DNA of 64,000 nt. Origin: Octopus vulgaris (taxonomy: Eukaryota). A program made the translations under genes and the position numbers. Below, piece after piece: positions 1 to 12,300 of this stretch; positions within the stretch are counted from its first letter, which is position 1, and every line of letters begins with the position of its first letter. Below the pieces are notes generated by a model, which was given only the letters and a program-made list of their open reading frames with translations, made no database searches and was not told the DNA's origin. The stretch is taken from assembly GCA_951406725.2 (NCBI GenBank), contig OX597830.1:39494001-39558000 (forward strand), given 5' to 3'.

Positions 1-680
1 TACCTTTCATCCTTTCGGGGTCGATAATTTAAGTACCAGTTACGCACTGGGGTCGATGTAATCGACTTAATCCCTTTGTCTGTCTTTGTTTGTCCCCTCT
101 ATATTTAGCCCCTTGTGGGTAATAAAGAAACATATATTATGTCATACAACCACTGCATTACATAATAAAGAAAAACAAGCAAAATTACAGTATCTCATTG
201 CACTATTCCATATGTAATGTGATGCTGTGTGCGCATGTGTCTTTATCTGCTTGTTGCTTGTACCATTCTTTGGACTATGGCCATGCTGGGGCACCACCTT
301 GAAAGGTTTTAGTTTATTAGATTGACCCCAGTACTTGTTTTTCAAGTTTGGAATTTACTCTATCAATCTCTTTTGCTGAACCACTAAGTTACAGCGGTGT
401 AAACAAATCAGCACCAGTTATCAAGCGAGGAGAGAGTAACACACACACACACACACACACATCTATATGTATCTCTTTCACTATTTTACTTGTTTCAGTC
501 ATTTGACCTATAGATGAGCAAATCAACCCCAGGACTTATTCTTTATAAGCCTAGCACTTATTCTATTAGTCTCTTTTGCCGAACCGCTAAATTACAGGGA
601 TGTAAACACACCAGCATCGGTTGTCAAGTGACGATGGGGAGGACAAACACAGATACACAAGCATATACACACACACATTC

Positions 681-711
<31 letters not shown>

Positions 712-2103
712 CGACGGGCTTCTTTCAGTTTCTGTCTACCAAATCCACTCACAAGGCTTTGGTCAGCCCTAGGTTATAGTAGAAGACACTTGCTCAAGGT
801 GCCACGCAGTGGGACTGAACCCAGATCCATGTGATTGGTAAGCAAGCTACTTACCACACACCCACTCCTGATAGACTTCTGCATAGTTTCTTATTTCTTT
901 ATTGCCCACAAGGGGCTAAACATAGAGGGGACAAACAAGGACAGACAAAGGGATTAAGTCGACTATATTGACCCCAGTGCATAACTGATACTTAATTTAT
1001 CTACCCCAAAAGGATGAAAGGCAAAGTCGACCTTGGCAGAATTTGAACTCAGAACGTAACAGCAGACGAAATACCGCTAAGCATTTTGCCCGGCGTACTA
1101 ATGTTTCTACCAGCTCGCCACCTTCTGCACAGTTTCTGTCTACCAATTTCATTTACAAGGCATTGGTTGACCTGGGGCTATAGTAGAAGACACTTGCTCA
1201 AAGTGCCATGCAATGGGACTGAACCTAAAACCATGTGGTTGCAAAAAGGACTCCTTAACCACACAATTTATATGAATTATATATAAAAAAGATGTCCCTA
1301 TTTCATTCATTCTCACACCACTCTGGCACCTAAGCAAACTGACATACATAGAAAATTAAAATATAATGTTTCTTTATTGCCCACAAGGGGCTAAGCACAG
1401 AGGGGACAAATAAGGACAGACAAAAGGATTATGTTAAATACATCAACCTCAGTGCATAACTGGTACTTAATTTATCAACCCCGAAAGGATGAAAGGCGAA
1501 GTCGACTTCAGTGGAATTTTGAACTCAGAAATGCCGCTAAGCATTTCGCCCAACGTGCTAACATTTCTGCCAGCTCGCAGCCTTTAAAATTAAAATATAA
1601 TGCACAATCACATGCCTGCTGGGGCTTTGAACTCACTATCTCTCAGATGGTCATCCAATACTTTATCTTCGCTGCCACTTGATACTACCACTACTACCAT
1701 CTGCTGGCCAATATTAATTCATTTATTAATTCCATCACAGCACAAGCCACGACATGTCAAAATGATTCACTGGTGGACAATAAGGACCAGTAATCAAATT
1801 ACTAAGTTTAGACTGCGATCGATAAATCCTCTTCTTCATGTCTGTCTGTTTTCTATTTTAGCTCATTAAGAAAAATGACAGAAAAGATATTAAAACAGGA
1901 AATAAATAACCAACATAAAAAAATGAAAAAAATCATTTTGAAAAACCAGCAACTTTTTCTCTCTCTCTTTTTTTTTTTTTTTTTTGAGGTTCCCTGCATT
2001 AGTTATGTTAAATAGGAACTTAATAACTGCTGTATATGTTGATGGCATTTTCGAGTAACTTTCTGCAGAGTTTTTAGCCTGATATATATTGGAGGTCAAA
2101 TTT

Positions 2104-2143
<40 letters not shown>

Positions 2144-2645
2144 ATATTTTCAATGGTTTCCATCATCATTAAAACGAACCAGTGATGTGCACAAAGAACT
2201 TGCTCCTCACACCATTCCTCCCGGGGTGTTTACATGCCATCCAATGCTACAATAGACAATCTCATATTCCTTGTTAAACATGGACAAAATCGTTGATGTT
2301 GAGCAATCAGGACAAGTTCCTCGGATGCAACAGCTTCCAGTGATGAGGTCACAAATATATTACATTTTCATGTGTGTGTGTATGTGTGTGTGCATATGCA
2401 TATATATATATATATATATTTCTTTTTTCTTTTCATCATGTTGAACTGTTAATCCCTATACATTTTTTCTCCTCCTGCTTTTTTATTTTTTAGCGTTCTC
2501 TCTCCATTTTGTTCCTCTGTCGAAAAGCATAGGCTGAAAATGTCAAAGATATTTCCATTCTTCCAAAGCATCAAACTAATACATCTGCTTGTTGTTCCTT
2601 CATCTGTCTTCGTCTTTTACTTTCTGTAAAGTTGAACCATATATA

Positions 2646-2700
<55 letters not shown>

Positions 2701-2703
2701 ATG

Positions 2704-3035
2704 CATATAAAAGGGATGACCTGTAAGTGGACATCCATTATGCTAGAAGAAGATCCACTATGGTCTTACTCCTAAGAAAGGAATTTTCTCAAGAAAATTT
2801 ACCACACGCCAGAACATGCGTGAGCAAGACAAATGAAAAGATACAAAATATAGATTAATCACAAACCAGGTTTCATTGTTAATGCTTACATAATCATTTA
2901 CATAATCATCCGTAAACTCGTCAGTGTGATCGTCTTTGAAATTATAATTTGCAGAACTATACACGAGACGTCCGCATGATGAATGTCCACTTAAAGCATA
3001 GTGGATGTCTACTTACAGGTCATCCCTTTTATATG
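2704..3035. mobile_element. MITE with ~40-bp TIRs in a TA context
   Basis: catataaaagggatgacctgtaagtggacatccattatgct and agcatagtggatgtctacttacaggtcatcccttttatatg are inverted repeats. Confidence 0.85.
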
Positions 3036-3159
3036 TATATAATATAATTTTTTCTGAAACTTCAGATTTTTAAATATGCTAGACCACTGGTTTTAAATTG
3101 ATATTAATCAAATTAATATTCAATTTTTCACCCTTATTATTTTAAATTTCAATATATAT

Positions 3160-3256
<97 letters not shown>

Positions 3257-3337
3257 TTTAGAGATAGTAGACCCCTACATCCCACCAAATAAAAAGAATT
3301 TTTATTTTTATTTTAAATACCTACTGTTTTATTACTT

Positions 3338-3432
3338 AGCAACACGTGTTTCATGAGATACATCCTCGGGTTCCTAAACCACTCCGTGTTTCCCTGGAAC
3401 CCCTCTCAAGATGCCACCCTAATCATCAGGCC
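3338..3432 (-). ncRNA. Type-I hammerhead ribozyme motif with long stem II
   Basis: Minus strand: ggc-CTGATGA-[gcatctt/aggatgt, gggttcc/ggaaccc]-GAAAC-ACGT-GT-T-gct; palindromic stem III ACACGTGT; near (TA)n. Confidence 0.7.
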
Positions 3433-6288
3433 CAGAAAAAAAAAAAGAAACATCTGACCCATGCAGGCAGGAAAAGTGAATGTGAAAATGATGAGTGTAA
3501 TATATAAATGGACGCAGGAATGGATAAGTGCCTAAGAAGTTTACTGCGCAAGCATAAAATCACTTGTTTAAAACTCACTGCATGGCACCAGATCACTAAA
3601 GGCCATGTTGTCTGGAATCGAATGAATGGAAATATGGAACCCTATGATTCAGAGAACCAGCCTTCACACACACACACACACACACAGTATCGCATTAATT
3701 CTGCCAGAGGAATACATTAAGGAATAGGTATTTGTTTAATTCTCGGCCATTTGCTTGCATTATATTTCAATAAGCAAAGAGACCAGTTGATGCAACAACT
3801 CATGTCTTTTGTTTTTCTGTAAATTTTAACTATATAAATCATCATCATCATCATCCTTATCAGTTAGCATCCGCTTTCCATGCAAAGCATGGGTTGGACG
3901 GCGGCTCATCGGGGCAGCTCTGGCAATGACCACGTTCGGATGGTTCGCTTACGTGCCACTGGCACTGGTATCACGGCTACAATTTCCATTGATGTTGATC
4001 GATTTTGATTTTGATTTTGATTCTGATTTCTCACTTGCCTCAACAGGTCTTCACAAGTAGAGTTTTGTCACCAGCAGAGGTAAGAGAATAAGTCCTGGGC
4101 CCAATTTGTTCGACTAAAGGCGGTGCTCCAGCATGGCTACAGTCAAATGACAGAAACAAGTAAAAGAATAAAAGAATATATATATAAATATATACACACA
4201 CATATGCATACATATAAATATATGCACATATATAAACATATATATATAAACATATATACTCACAAGTAGCAAGCAGGATAACAAAATTCATTTTCTAATC
4301 TATGAGACTTATCTATATTTATCAGAAAGATCCTGGAGGAGTCAAAAAGCATGTGGTACAGGTAAATTCAAAGATACAGTATTCAGCAATACTAATGGTA
4401 TACATACCGCAGTAATAATCCAGTCATCTCCATAGACAAAACAATGACGGCAATAGATGTCATCAAATTCAGGGAACTGGAACAGAACGAGGAAAAATAT
4501 ATTAAATTTAACCAATATTTATTTTGAAAAGGGCATGAAGCTGGCAGAAACGTTAGCACACCGAGTGAAATGCTTAGCGGTATTTTGTCTGCCATTACAT
4601 TCTGAGTTCAAATTCCACCAAGGTCGACCTTGCCTTTCATCTTTTCGGGGTTGATTAAATAAGTATCAGTTATGCACTGTAGTCGATGTAATTGACTTAA
4701 TCCCTTTGTCTGTCCTTGTTTGTCCACTCTATGTTTAGCCCCACTGTGGGCAATAAAGAAATATTTATTTTGAACATGAGGTTATCCCCAAACCCCCAAG
4801 ATATTTGCAGAGTGAATATGATGATGGTGGAGGGAGAAGTTGAATATATTTACCTCAGTGATTGCTCAGTATTACTTTGATGAACATTATAAAGATGAAA
4901 GACTAACTCATCCTTACTATGATTTGAACTGAGAATGTAGAAATATGTCACTATAAGCTGCAGGCATTTTGATTAGCGTTCTGTCATCAATCAACTACGC
5001 ATCTAGCAAACCAACTACACACCCAACAAGTAAATAGGGAAAAACTATGTGCTCACTCTACCAGCTAGAAATAATCCTTTCTACTAATTGCACATCGACC
5101 CCAGTATGCAACTGGTTCTTAATTTAATGAACCCAAAAGGATAAAAGGCAAAGTTGACCTTAGCAGCATTTTAACTCAGAATGTAAAGACATGAAATGCC
5201 GCTAAGCATTTCACCCGGAATACTATCAATTCTGCCAGCTCACCGCCATAATAATAATAATAATAATACTAACGATAATAATGATTTCAAATTTTGCCAC
5301 AAGGGCAGCTTGGGGGAGGGGATTAAGTTGATTATATTGACACCAGTGTGTAACTGATACTTATTTAATTGATCCTGAAAGGATGAAAGGTAAAGTCGAC
5401 CTCGTCAGAATTTGAACTCAAAACATAAAGACAGACGAAATGCTGCTAAGCATTTCACCTGGCATGCTAACGATTCTGCCAGCTCAACGCTAGAAATAAT
5501 ACCCAGTCCAATGCCAAATTTTTTATCTCCCCTTCTAATGAACCAGAGATCAATAAAATATCTAACAGTAATGTAACAGTAACACCTTTCCTTCATTAGA
5601 AAACTGTCATGGGCAAGAGAAATGAGCATTTCTCACACTGGCACAAACCATTCAAGTTTGTAAGATTGGTGTAGGGTGTTGTCAATTAAACAAAAATGAG
5701 ATACGAGAAATAATTCAAGAGTGGCCAGCGGAATATAAAGGATACCATAAATAAATACAGGTACATCAAATACCATACAACATAAATTATTGATTGGTTA
5801 ACATTTTCTCTGCTTCTAAGGGATGTATCACAATTACCAAATGGTGTTTGAAACCAGCTTCATATCAAAAGGAGAGATAATCTCAAGAATTAAGAATTCT
5901 CCAAAGTTGACATGCCATTTAGGAAATGGACAGGTTTATTGTCTGGAGACAAGAGGACAGTGATTTACACATGTTTCTATCCCAATAGGCATCATCAGCA
6001 CATCAATTATCCTACCTTACCTCCAGTAACCGATGAAACTGACCAAAGTACATAACTCATTTACTCTTTTACTTGTTTCAGTCATTTGACTGTGACCATG
6101 CTGGAGCACCGCCTTTAGTCGAGCAAATCGACCCCAGGACTTATTCTTTGTAAGCCTAGCACTTATTCTATTGGTCACTTTTGCCAAAATGCTAAGTTAT
6201 GGGGGATGTAAACACACCACCATCGGTTGTCATGTGATGTTGGGGGGACAAACACAAACACATAAACACACACATACACATACATATA

Positions 6289-6340
<52 letters not shown>

Positions 6341-6624
6341 CATATATACGACGGGCTTCTTTCAGTTTCAGTCTACCAAATCCACTCACAAGGCTTTGGT
6401 CAGCCCGAGGCTATAGTAAAAGACACATGCCCAAAGTGCCACACAGTGGGACCGAACCTGGAACCATGTGGTTGGTAAGCAAGCTACTTACCATACAGCC
6501 ACCCCTGCACCTGGTATTTCTTTTATCAACCCCAGATGAATTGAATGATAAACAGTAAAGTTGACTCCCTTCCCCCAGCAGCATTTGAACTTACAGCATA
6601 AGTCTCTGAATATAAATATAATCA

Positions 6625-7014
6625 TCTTTATATATAAAAGTGAAGTTGTGTGTCTGTCTCCTACGATTTAGATTCCTAACTACTCCCACATTTTGCGGTG
6701 CAGTGTAACCAAAAGCGGGTATCTTATAGTCGTGATTCATATCGAGCCCTTCTGGGTATTAGCGCGCATCTACAATGAGTCTACAATTTTAAAAATAATT
6801 TACCATCATTTTTTTTCCATTTTGATGCATTTTTTTCGCTATTATATAACTCTCTAAAAATGTCTACGATGAGTCAACGATTTAAAAAAAATTTACCATC
6901 ATTTTTTTCCCATTTTTAATGGATTTTTTTGATATTTTTTGGCTATAACTCTCTAAAAATGCTTATATAGTTATTTCCCTTACAAACCCAAGCAACGCCA
7001 GGCGATACTGCTAG
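6625..7014 (+). mobile_element. Non-autonomous Helitron
   Basis: A|TC start (TCTTTATATATAAAA), degenerate GC-rich subterminal hairpin near 6987-7003, CTAG|T end, and an internal tandem duplication. Confidence 0.75.
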
Positions 7015-7497
7015 TAAAATATAAATCTCTGAAACTACAGAAAAACATTAAGTCTGGCACTCAGCCATACCTTCTACATCCTTACTATCAATGTTGTCGT
7101 AAATAATCATGATTTATTGATTGTGTCACTACTTTGAACAAACTTCTCAGATGTTAGCATTAAATAATTCATAGAATAAATAAAGGTATTTGTTATCTTT
7201 AAGTATTTAGACAAACCATCTCCTCACATATTACATCATTTGGCTTGAAGTTCATGGAGTGTGTGAAAAATTACTCAGTAGCTTTGCATTGGACTTAAAC
7301 CTAACTTGATATACCAAAGTGAAATGATGGCATAACTTAGAAGTCCCCTCCTCCTCCCCACCCTCTGCTTCAGTGACTGTGGAATGGTCACACGCTGCCT
7401 TGCTTATAAATGGGTTCCATTGATATTTAGAAGATTTGGAAAATAACGTATTATGTACAAGAATGCATAACAAAATTAAAAGATTTGATAAAGATGA

Positions 7498-7560
<63 letters not shown>

Positions 7561-7561
<1 letters not shown>

Positions 7562-8125
7562 GCCCTGATGCAGTACCAGGCAGTAGTTCTCATGGCTTCT
7601 GATCTTAACTGATTGGAAATGTTATCATGTACATTGTTTTGTCTTGGTATAAAAGATGGGCTACAGCAAATATTCTGCTCAATACCACAGATTTGCTTGT
7701 CAGTTGTTTGACCGTAACCAGTTGAGCATGTCCCTTAGTGGCTGATGATATGTGCATCTCTGATCATGACGATATGTGCATCGCTAGTGGAGGAGCATCA
7801 TAGCCATGAGTTGAGAGGAAGTCTTTGGAGTTTGAATAATTCACTTTTGGAAACATGAGTGTTTTGTTCAACATCCTTAAACAACCCTTATTCAGGGACT
7901 TTTTCAGAGGAATGGGCTACTTGACTTGAAGAAAATTCTAACTGAGCCCCACCTGCCAGTTCATGCACTGTTTATCTTGATATAAGATCACCATCTCACA
8001 CACATATGGTTGTGAAGCATGTGCCTAGTGTACCCTTATCAGACGGGTAGTCATGATGGGTATACTGGGTTTTGTATATTTTACCCCAGTGTCACTTTGG
8101 TGGCATGCACTACTCTCTCACTCAA
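7561..8125. mobile_element. Unclassified ~560-bp insertion bounded by (TAA)n
   Basis: Higher-complexity block with sharp borders between (AAT)n 7501-7560 and aatgataataataat at ~8124; no ORF or TIR found. Confidence 0.4.
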
Positions 8126-8644
8126 TGATAATAATAATTATATCAATTTTTTTCCACAAGGGCAGCTTGGGAGAGGTGGGGACAAGTCGATTACATTGAC
8201 CCCAGTGTTCAACTGGTACTTATTTTATCGACCCTGAAAGGATGAAAGGTAAAGTTGACCTCAGCAGAATTTGAACATAGAAGCAGACGAAATACCGCTA
8301 AGCATTTTGCCTTGTGTGCTAACGATTCTGCCACCTCACTCCCTTAATAATAACAACAACAACAACAACAATAATAATAATAATAATAATACATTCTTTT
8401 ATTAGCCATCAGGATTCACATAAAATAGTATCAAATGACAGGCAATAACATAAAAGACAAAAACAGGATGATATAGTGGGTTTTACAGCATGTAAACAAT
8501 ATATATAACAATAAAAAATTAAACAAATTAAAACTCCCAATAAGGGAAGAGCTTTGAGCTCCTCTTGGAAAAACCCACAACAGCCACAAGTGCCTGATTA
8601 ACAGGGTAAGAGCTCTTCTCCTTTTAATTCTCACAGGTATATGC

Positions 8645-8664
8645 TAATAATAATAATAATAATG

Positions 8665-8735
<71 letters not shown>

Positions 8736-8820
8736 AAGAAGAAGAAGAAGAAGAAGAAGAAGAAGAAGAAGAACAGCAGCAGCAGCAAAAACAACAACAA
8801 CAACAACAACAACAACAATC
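8645..8820. repeat. (TAA)n-(GAA)n-(CAG)n-(CAA)n compound microsatellite
   Basis: Read directly from the sequence. Confidence 0.97.
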
Positions 8821-9054
8821 CATTCTACTACAGACTACAGAAACAAAGCCTGAAAATTTTTGAGAAGGTGACAAGTTGATTGAATTGACCCCAGAGCTGA
8901 AATGATGCTTATTCTATTAACCCTGAAAGGAGAAAAGGCAAAGTCAATCTCAGCATTGAAGTCAGAACTTAAAGTCAGAAGAAATAGCTGCTAAATATTT
9001 TTTTCCAGTTTGGTACAGATTCCACCAGCTTGCTGCCTAAATAATAACAATGAT

Positions 9055-9418
9055 AACAAGAGCACTCAGACAGTGCAAACCTCTGCCAAAACAATACCAA
9101 TGTCCTCTCAACGATTAACCAGAGATAATTTTTAAAATGAGAATATCTGAAACAAACTCGTCAGCTCTCACAAAAGTGGATACTAAAAATGAACCCAACT
9201 GCTCTCAAAAATTAAGTAAAAAAAAACAGGGAAAATAATCCAGAATCCTTGTCTAGTACCAGAGCGATCCCAAAATCTAATCAGTTCATGCCAGTCATGA
9301 GGCCAAACATCTCTGAAAGTTTCATTTGAATCCATCCAGCGGTTCTTGAGATATCTTGTCCACAGACAAACAAACACAACTGAAAACAATACCTCCACCT
9401 TAGTGAAGACAGAGGTAA
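9055..9418. mobile_element. Possible Helentron/HINE-like non-autonomous element
   Basis: Subterminal inverted motifs acctctgcc (~9079) / acagaggt (~9409) and a terminal hairpin acctccacc..gaggt; no TSD seen. Confidence 0.4.
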
Positions 9419-10359
9419 TAATGGTTTCAAAGTTTGGCACAGAGCCAGTAGTTTCTGAAAAGAAGGGATAAGTTAATTACATTGACCCCAGTGTTCAACT
9501 TATGTTATGAACCCCAAAAGGATGAATGGCAAAGTCAACCTCAAAGACATCTGAATGTCGAACATAGAGAGCCAAAAGAAATACTACAAAAGCATTTCCC
9601 TGATTAGCTATCAATTCTGCCAGCTCAGCAATTTTAGGGGAAGGGACACATCAATTACATACGAAAAAGTAATTTGTAACAAATAAATTCTTTTCTACTC
9701 TAGGTAAAAGGCCCAAAATTTAGGTTGATTAGATCAACCCCAGTATGCAACTGGCACTTAATTTATCAACCCCGAAAGGATGCAAAGCAAAGTCGACCTC
9801 GGCGGAATTTGAACTCAGAATATAAAGACAGATAAAATACCGCTAAGCATTTCACCTGGTGTGCTAACATTTCTGCTAGCTCACCGCCTTTTGTAACATA
9901 AATTGGTAAAGTCATGAGTACAAAGGAAAAACATGACCCATATCAGAAGTTGTTGAGATATTATGGTATACATTAAATTAAACGAATGTGAAATAATTCT
10001 TATAGTGAAGATGTCTTTAATGCCTAACCAATATCTTAGGTTCTGTGTGCTAAGGTTTCCATGCAAATTCACATTGAACATTTAAAAGATCATAATTACT
10101 TCATACTTCTTTGAAATCTCTACATTCAATGCCAACGCAACACACATTTCTTATATATGGTCCTTTGAGAGGGTAAGCAAGAGAGGGAGAAAGAAGATCT
10201 TTTGATGCATATAGAGGCAACTCACTGAAACCTTTGGTACCCTAGCTACTATGCTATAACCACAACTACTTCCACCACCAACCAGCACCTACACTCCAGA
10301 TAAGAGAAACTATAGACAACACCTAATATACGATCTTGCCAGTTATCTTGCATATGAAA

Positions 10360-10396
<37 letters not shown>

Positions 10397-10516
10397 ATTT
10401 TCACATGAAAAACAGCTGCAGAAATTGGTTCCATACTTGGGACGCATGAATAATCTCACCTCAGATACATAATAGGGTCTTCAGTTTAGAGTTTTATTAG
10501 AAATAAATATTGCTTC

Positions 10517-10559
<43 letters not shown>

Positions 10560-10562
<3 letters not shown>

Positions 10563-10838
10563 AATGCATATCACCACCACGAACCACTGCATCATACACT
10601 TTAAACATATAGCATGAACGAACTCACTTCAAACTATATATGAACTTTATGATGTCTGACTCCATTGTGTATTATAAATGAATTTCTTATATTTGATAGC
10701 ATGAACTATCTTTTTTTATATATAACTTTTTTTGATAAGGTTCATTTCAGGAACTGAAACATGTTATAATGTATATATAAAAATTAAAAATTGTATAATA
10801 TAGCAGCATTTTCGAACTTCATTTTTTACAAATATATA
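10560..10838 (+). repeat. 5' (partial) pseudo-LTR of the PLE
   Basis: Direct repeat of 15186-15464 (offset 4626); by eye only 2 substitutions in ~279 bp. Confidence 0.93.
10715..10782 (+). ncRNA. Minimal type-I hammerhead ribozyme, U3:A8 variant, in 5' pLTR
   Basis: TTGATAA (10732-10738), stem II GGTTC/GAACT, GAAAC-AT-GT-T (10756-10765) with palindromic stem III. Stem I is AT-rich and weak. Confidence 0.65.
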
Positions 10839-10897
10839 CCGACTCATATACGAGCTAATCCTATTATAAATATCACATCACGTACGAGCTCCCGAAA

Positions 10898-12300
10898 ATG
10901 CCTGCTAAAAAAGACACCAACGACATCTCCTCAATAAATGAAGAGATACTGAAAGAATTGAAAAGCATAAATTCAAACCTAACAGCAGTGTTAAACAAAC
11001 TCAACTCAACACCTCGACCTTCCACACAAACTAACGAGGAAACCGAATTGAATAAAACACCCTCTGAAATATTCGAGAAAGTTGAAAATCTATGCGATAC
11101 AATGACGACATTCTTCACAAACTTTACGAAACAAGAGCAACAAAAAGAAGGAACACATGAGAAGAACCGAGCAACTTCAACATTACAAATAAAGAACCAA
11201 GTCCTCCCCCAATGGAGAACACTACAGCGAAACAGAAAATTCACTTTTTGGAAAATTATACAAAATCAGAATAAAGCAGAGATTTACCAAAAATGGCTAG
11301 ACTCAACACCCCTAGTCATACCCCGTAAATTACAAATCAAGCCCATCTCGTAAGAACCAGAAGAACAAAGAAAACTTAGAGAAAAAAATGTCATTAGAAA
11401 AAAATGAAGATGGAAATAGAACTACTCAAGCTGAGAGCTACGACGAATGAAGAAAAAGTAAAAATCATAGACGAGGAAATCAACGAAGAAGTCATCAAAC
11501 TAATAGACGACATCAATACTGAAACATTACCAGCACTATGGAATGAAGAATGTGAAAAAGAGGAACTTAAGTCCCTCCAACGATGGGAAAAGAGCGCCAT
11601 CTGGTTTTTAGATTATGAAACCTACTTCAAAAATGAACACATATCCAACAACCCCTTCATAAAATTAAGTCAATCAAAACCAAATACCAACAGAACGGAA
11701 CAACCACCAAGAAATCCTAACACACTCTACACCAGAAAAGTACACCTAAAACACACCCCACACTACCTACACCAACCCCAAAACACCTACAGAGGCCCAC
11801 CACACCAGTTCGAAAATAGACATACCAACAGAGCAGAACAACCACCAAGAAATCCAAACACACTCTACACCAGAAAAATACATTTAAAACGCACCCCACA
11901 CTACCTACACCAACCCCAAAACACTTACAGGGTCCCACCACACCATTCCACGAACCTAAGAGCCACAACATACAATACTATAAAATACAATACACATAAC
12001 CAAACCAAAACGCTACTACCAAACATCCACCCCAGGAACCAACCATACAAACATAACAAACAACAAATGCACTACGGAGGAAACAACTACCAACACAATA
12101 TACCTGATGAACTAAGACGGAACACTAGGTACAACAACACACTCCAGAACAGAGCACCACAAACTCACTCTGACAATTATAACAACATGAGACAGATAAA
12201 TAGTAGCTTTGAACATAACTACACCAACCATTTTTTAGACCTTACACACAGGAACAGGGACACACGATGGCAAAGGACAAACAAAAGAAACCTCAGGTAA
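10898..12300 (+). pseudogene. PLE ORF1, ~467-aa coiled-coil/low-complexity protein, disrupted
   Basis: ORFs 10898-11353 and 11404-12300 join if TAA 11351-11353 is read through and one extra A is removed from the A-run near 11382-11388 (…KPIS*EPEEQRKLREK/MSLEKMKMEIELL). E/K/L-rich helical N-half; Q/N/H/P-rich C-half with a 46-aa duplication. Confidence 0.75.
12231..12237 (+). promoter_or_regulatory. Candidate -1 ribosomal frameshift heptamer T_TTT_TTA linking ORF1 to the RT frame
   Basis: X_XXY_YYZ register in the ORF1 frame (CAT TTT TTA). The -1 frame is the RT frame; it opens after TAG 12201-12203 and is stop-free from the heptamer to ATG 12267. Confidence 0.6.
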
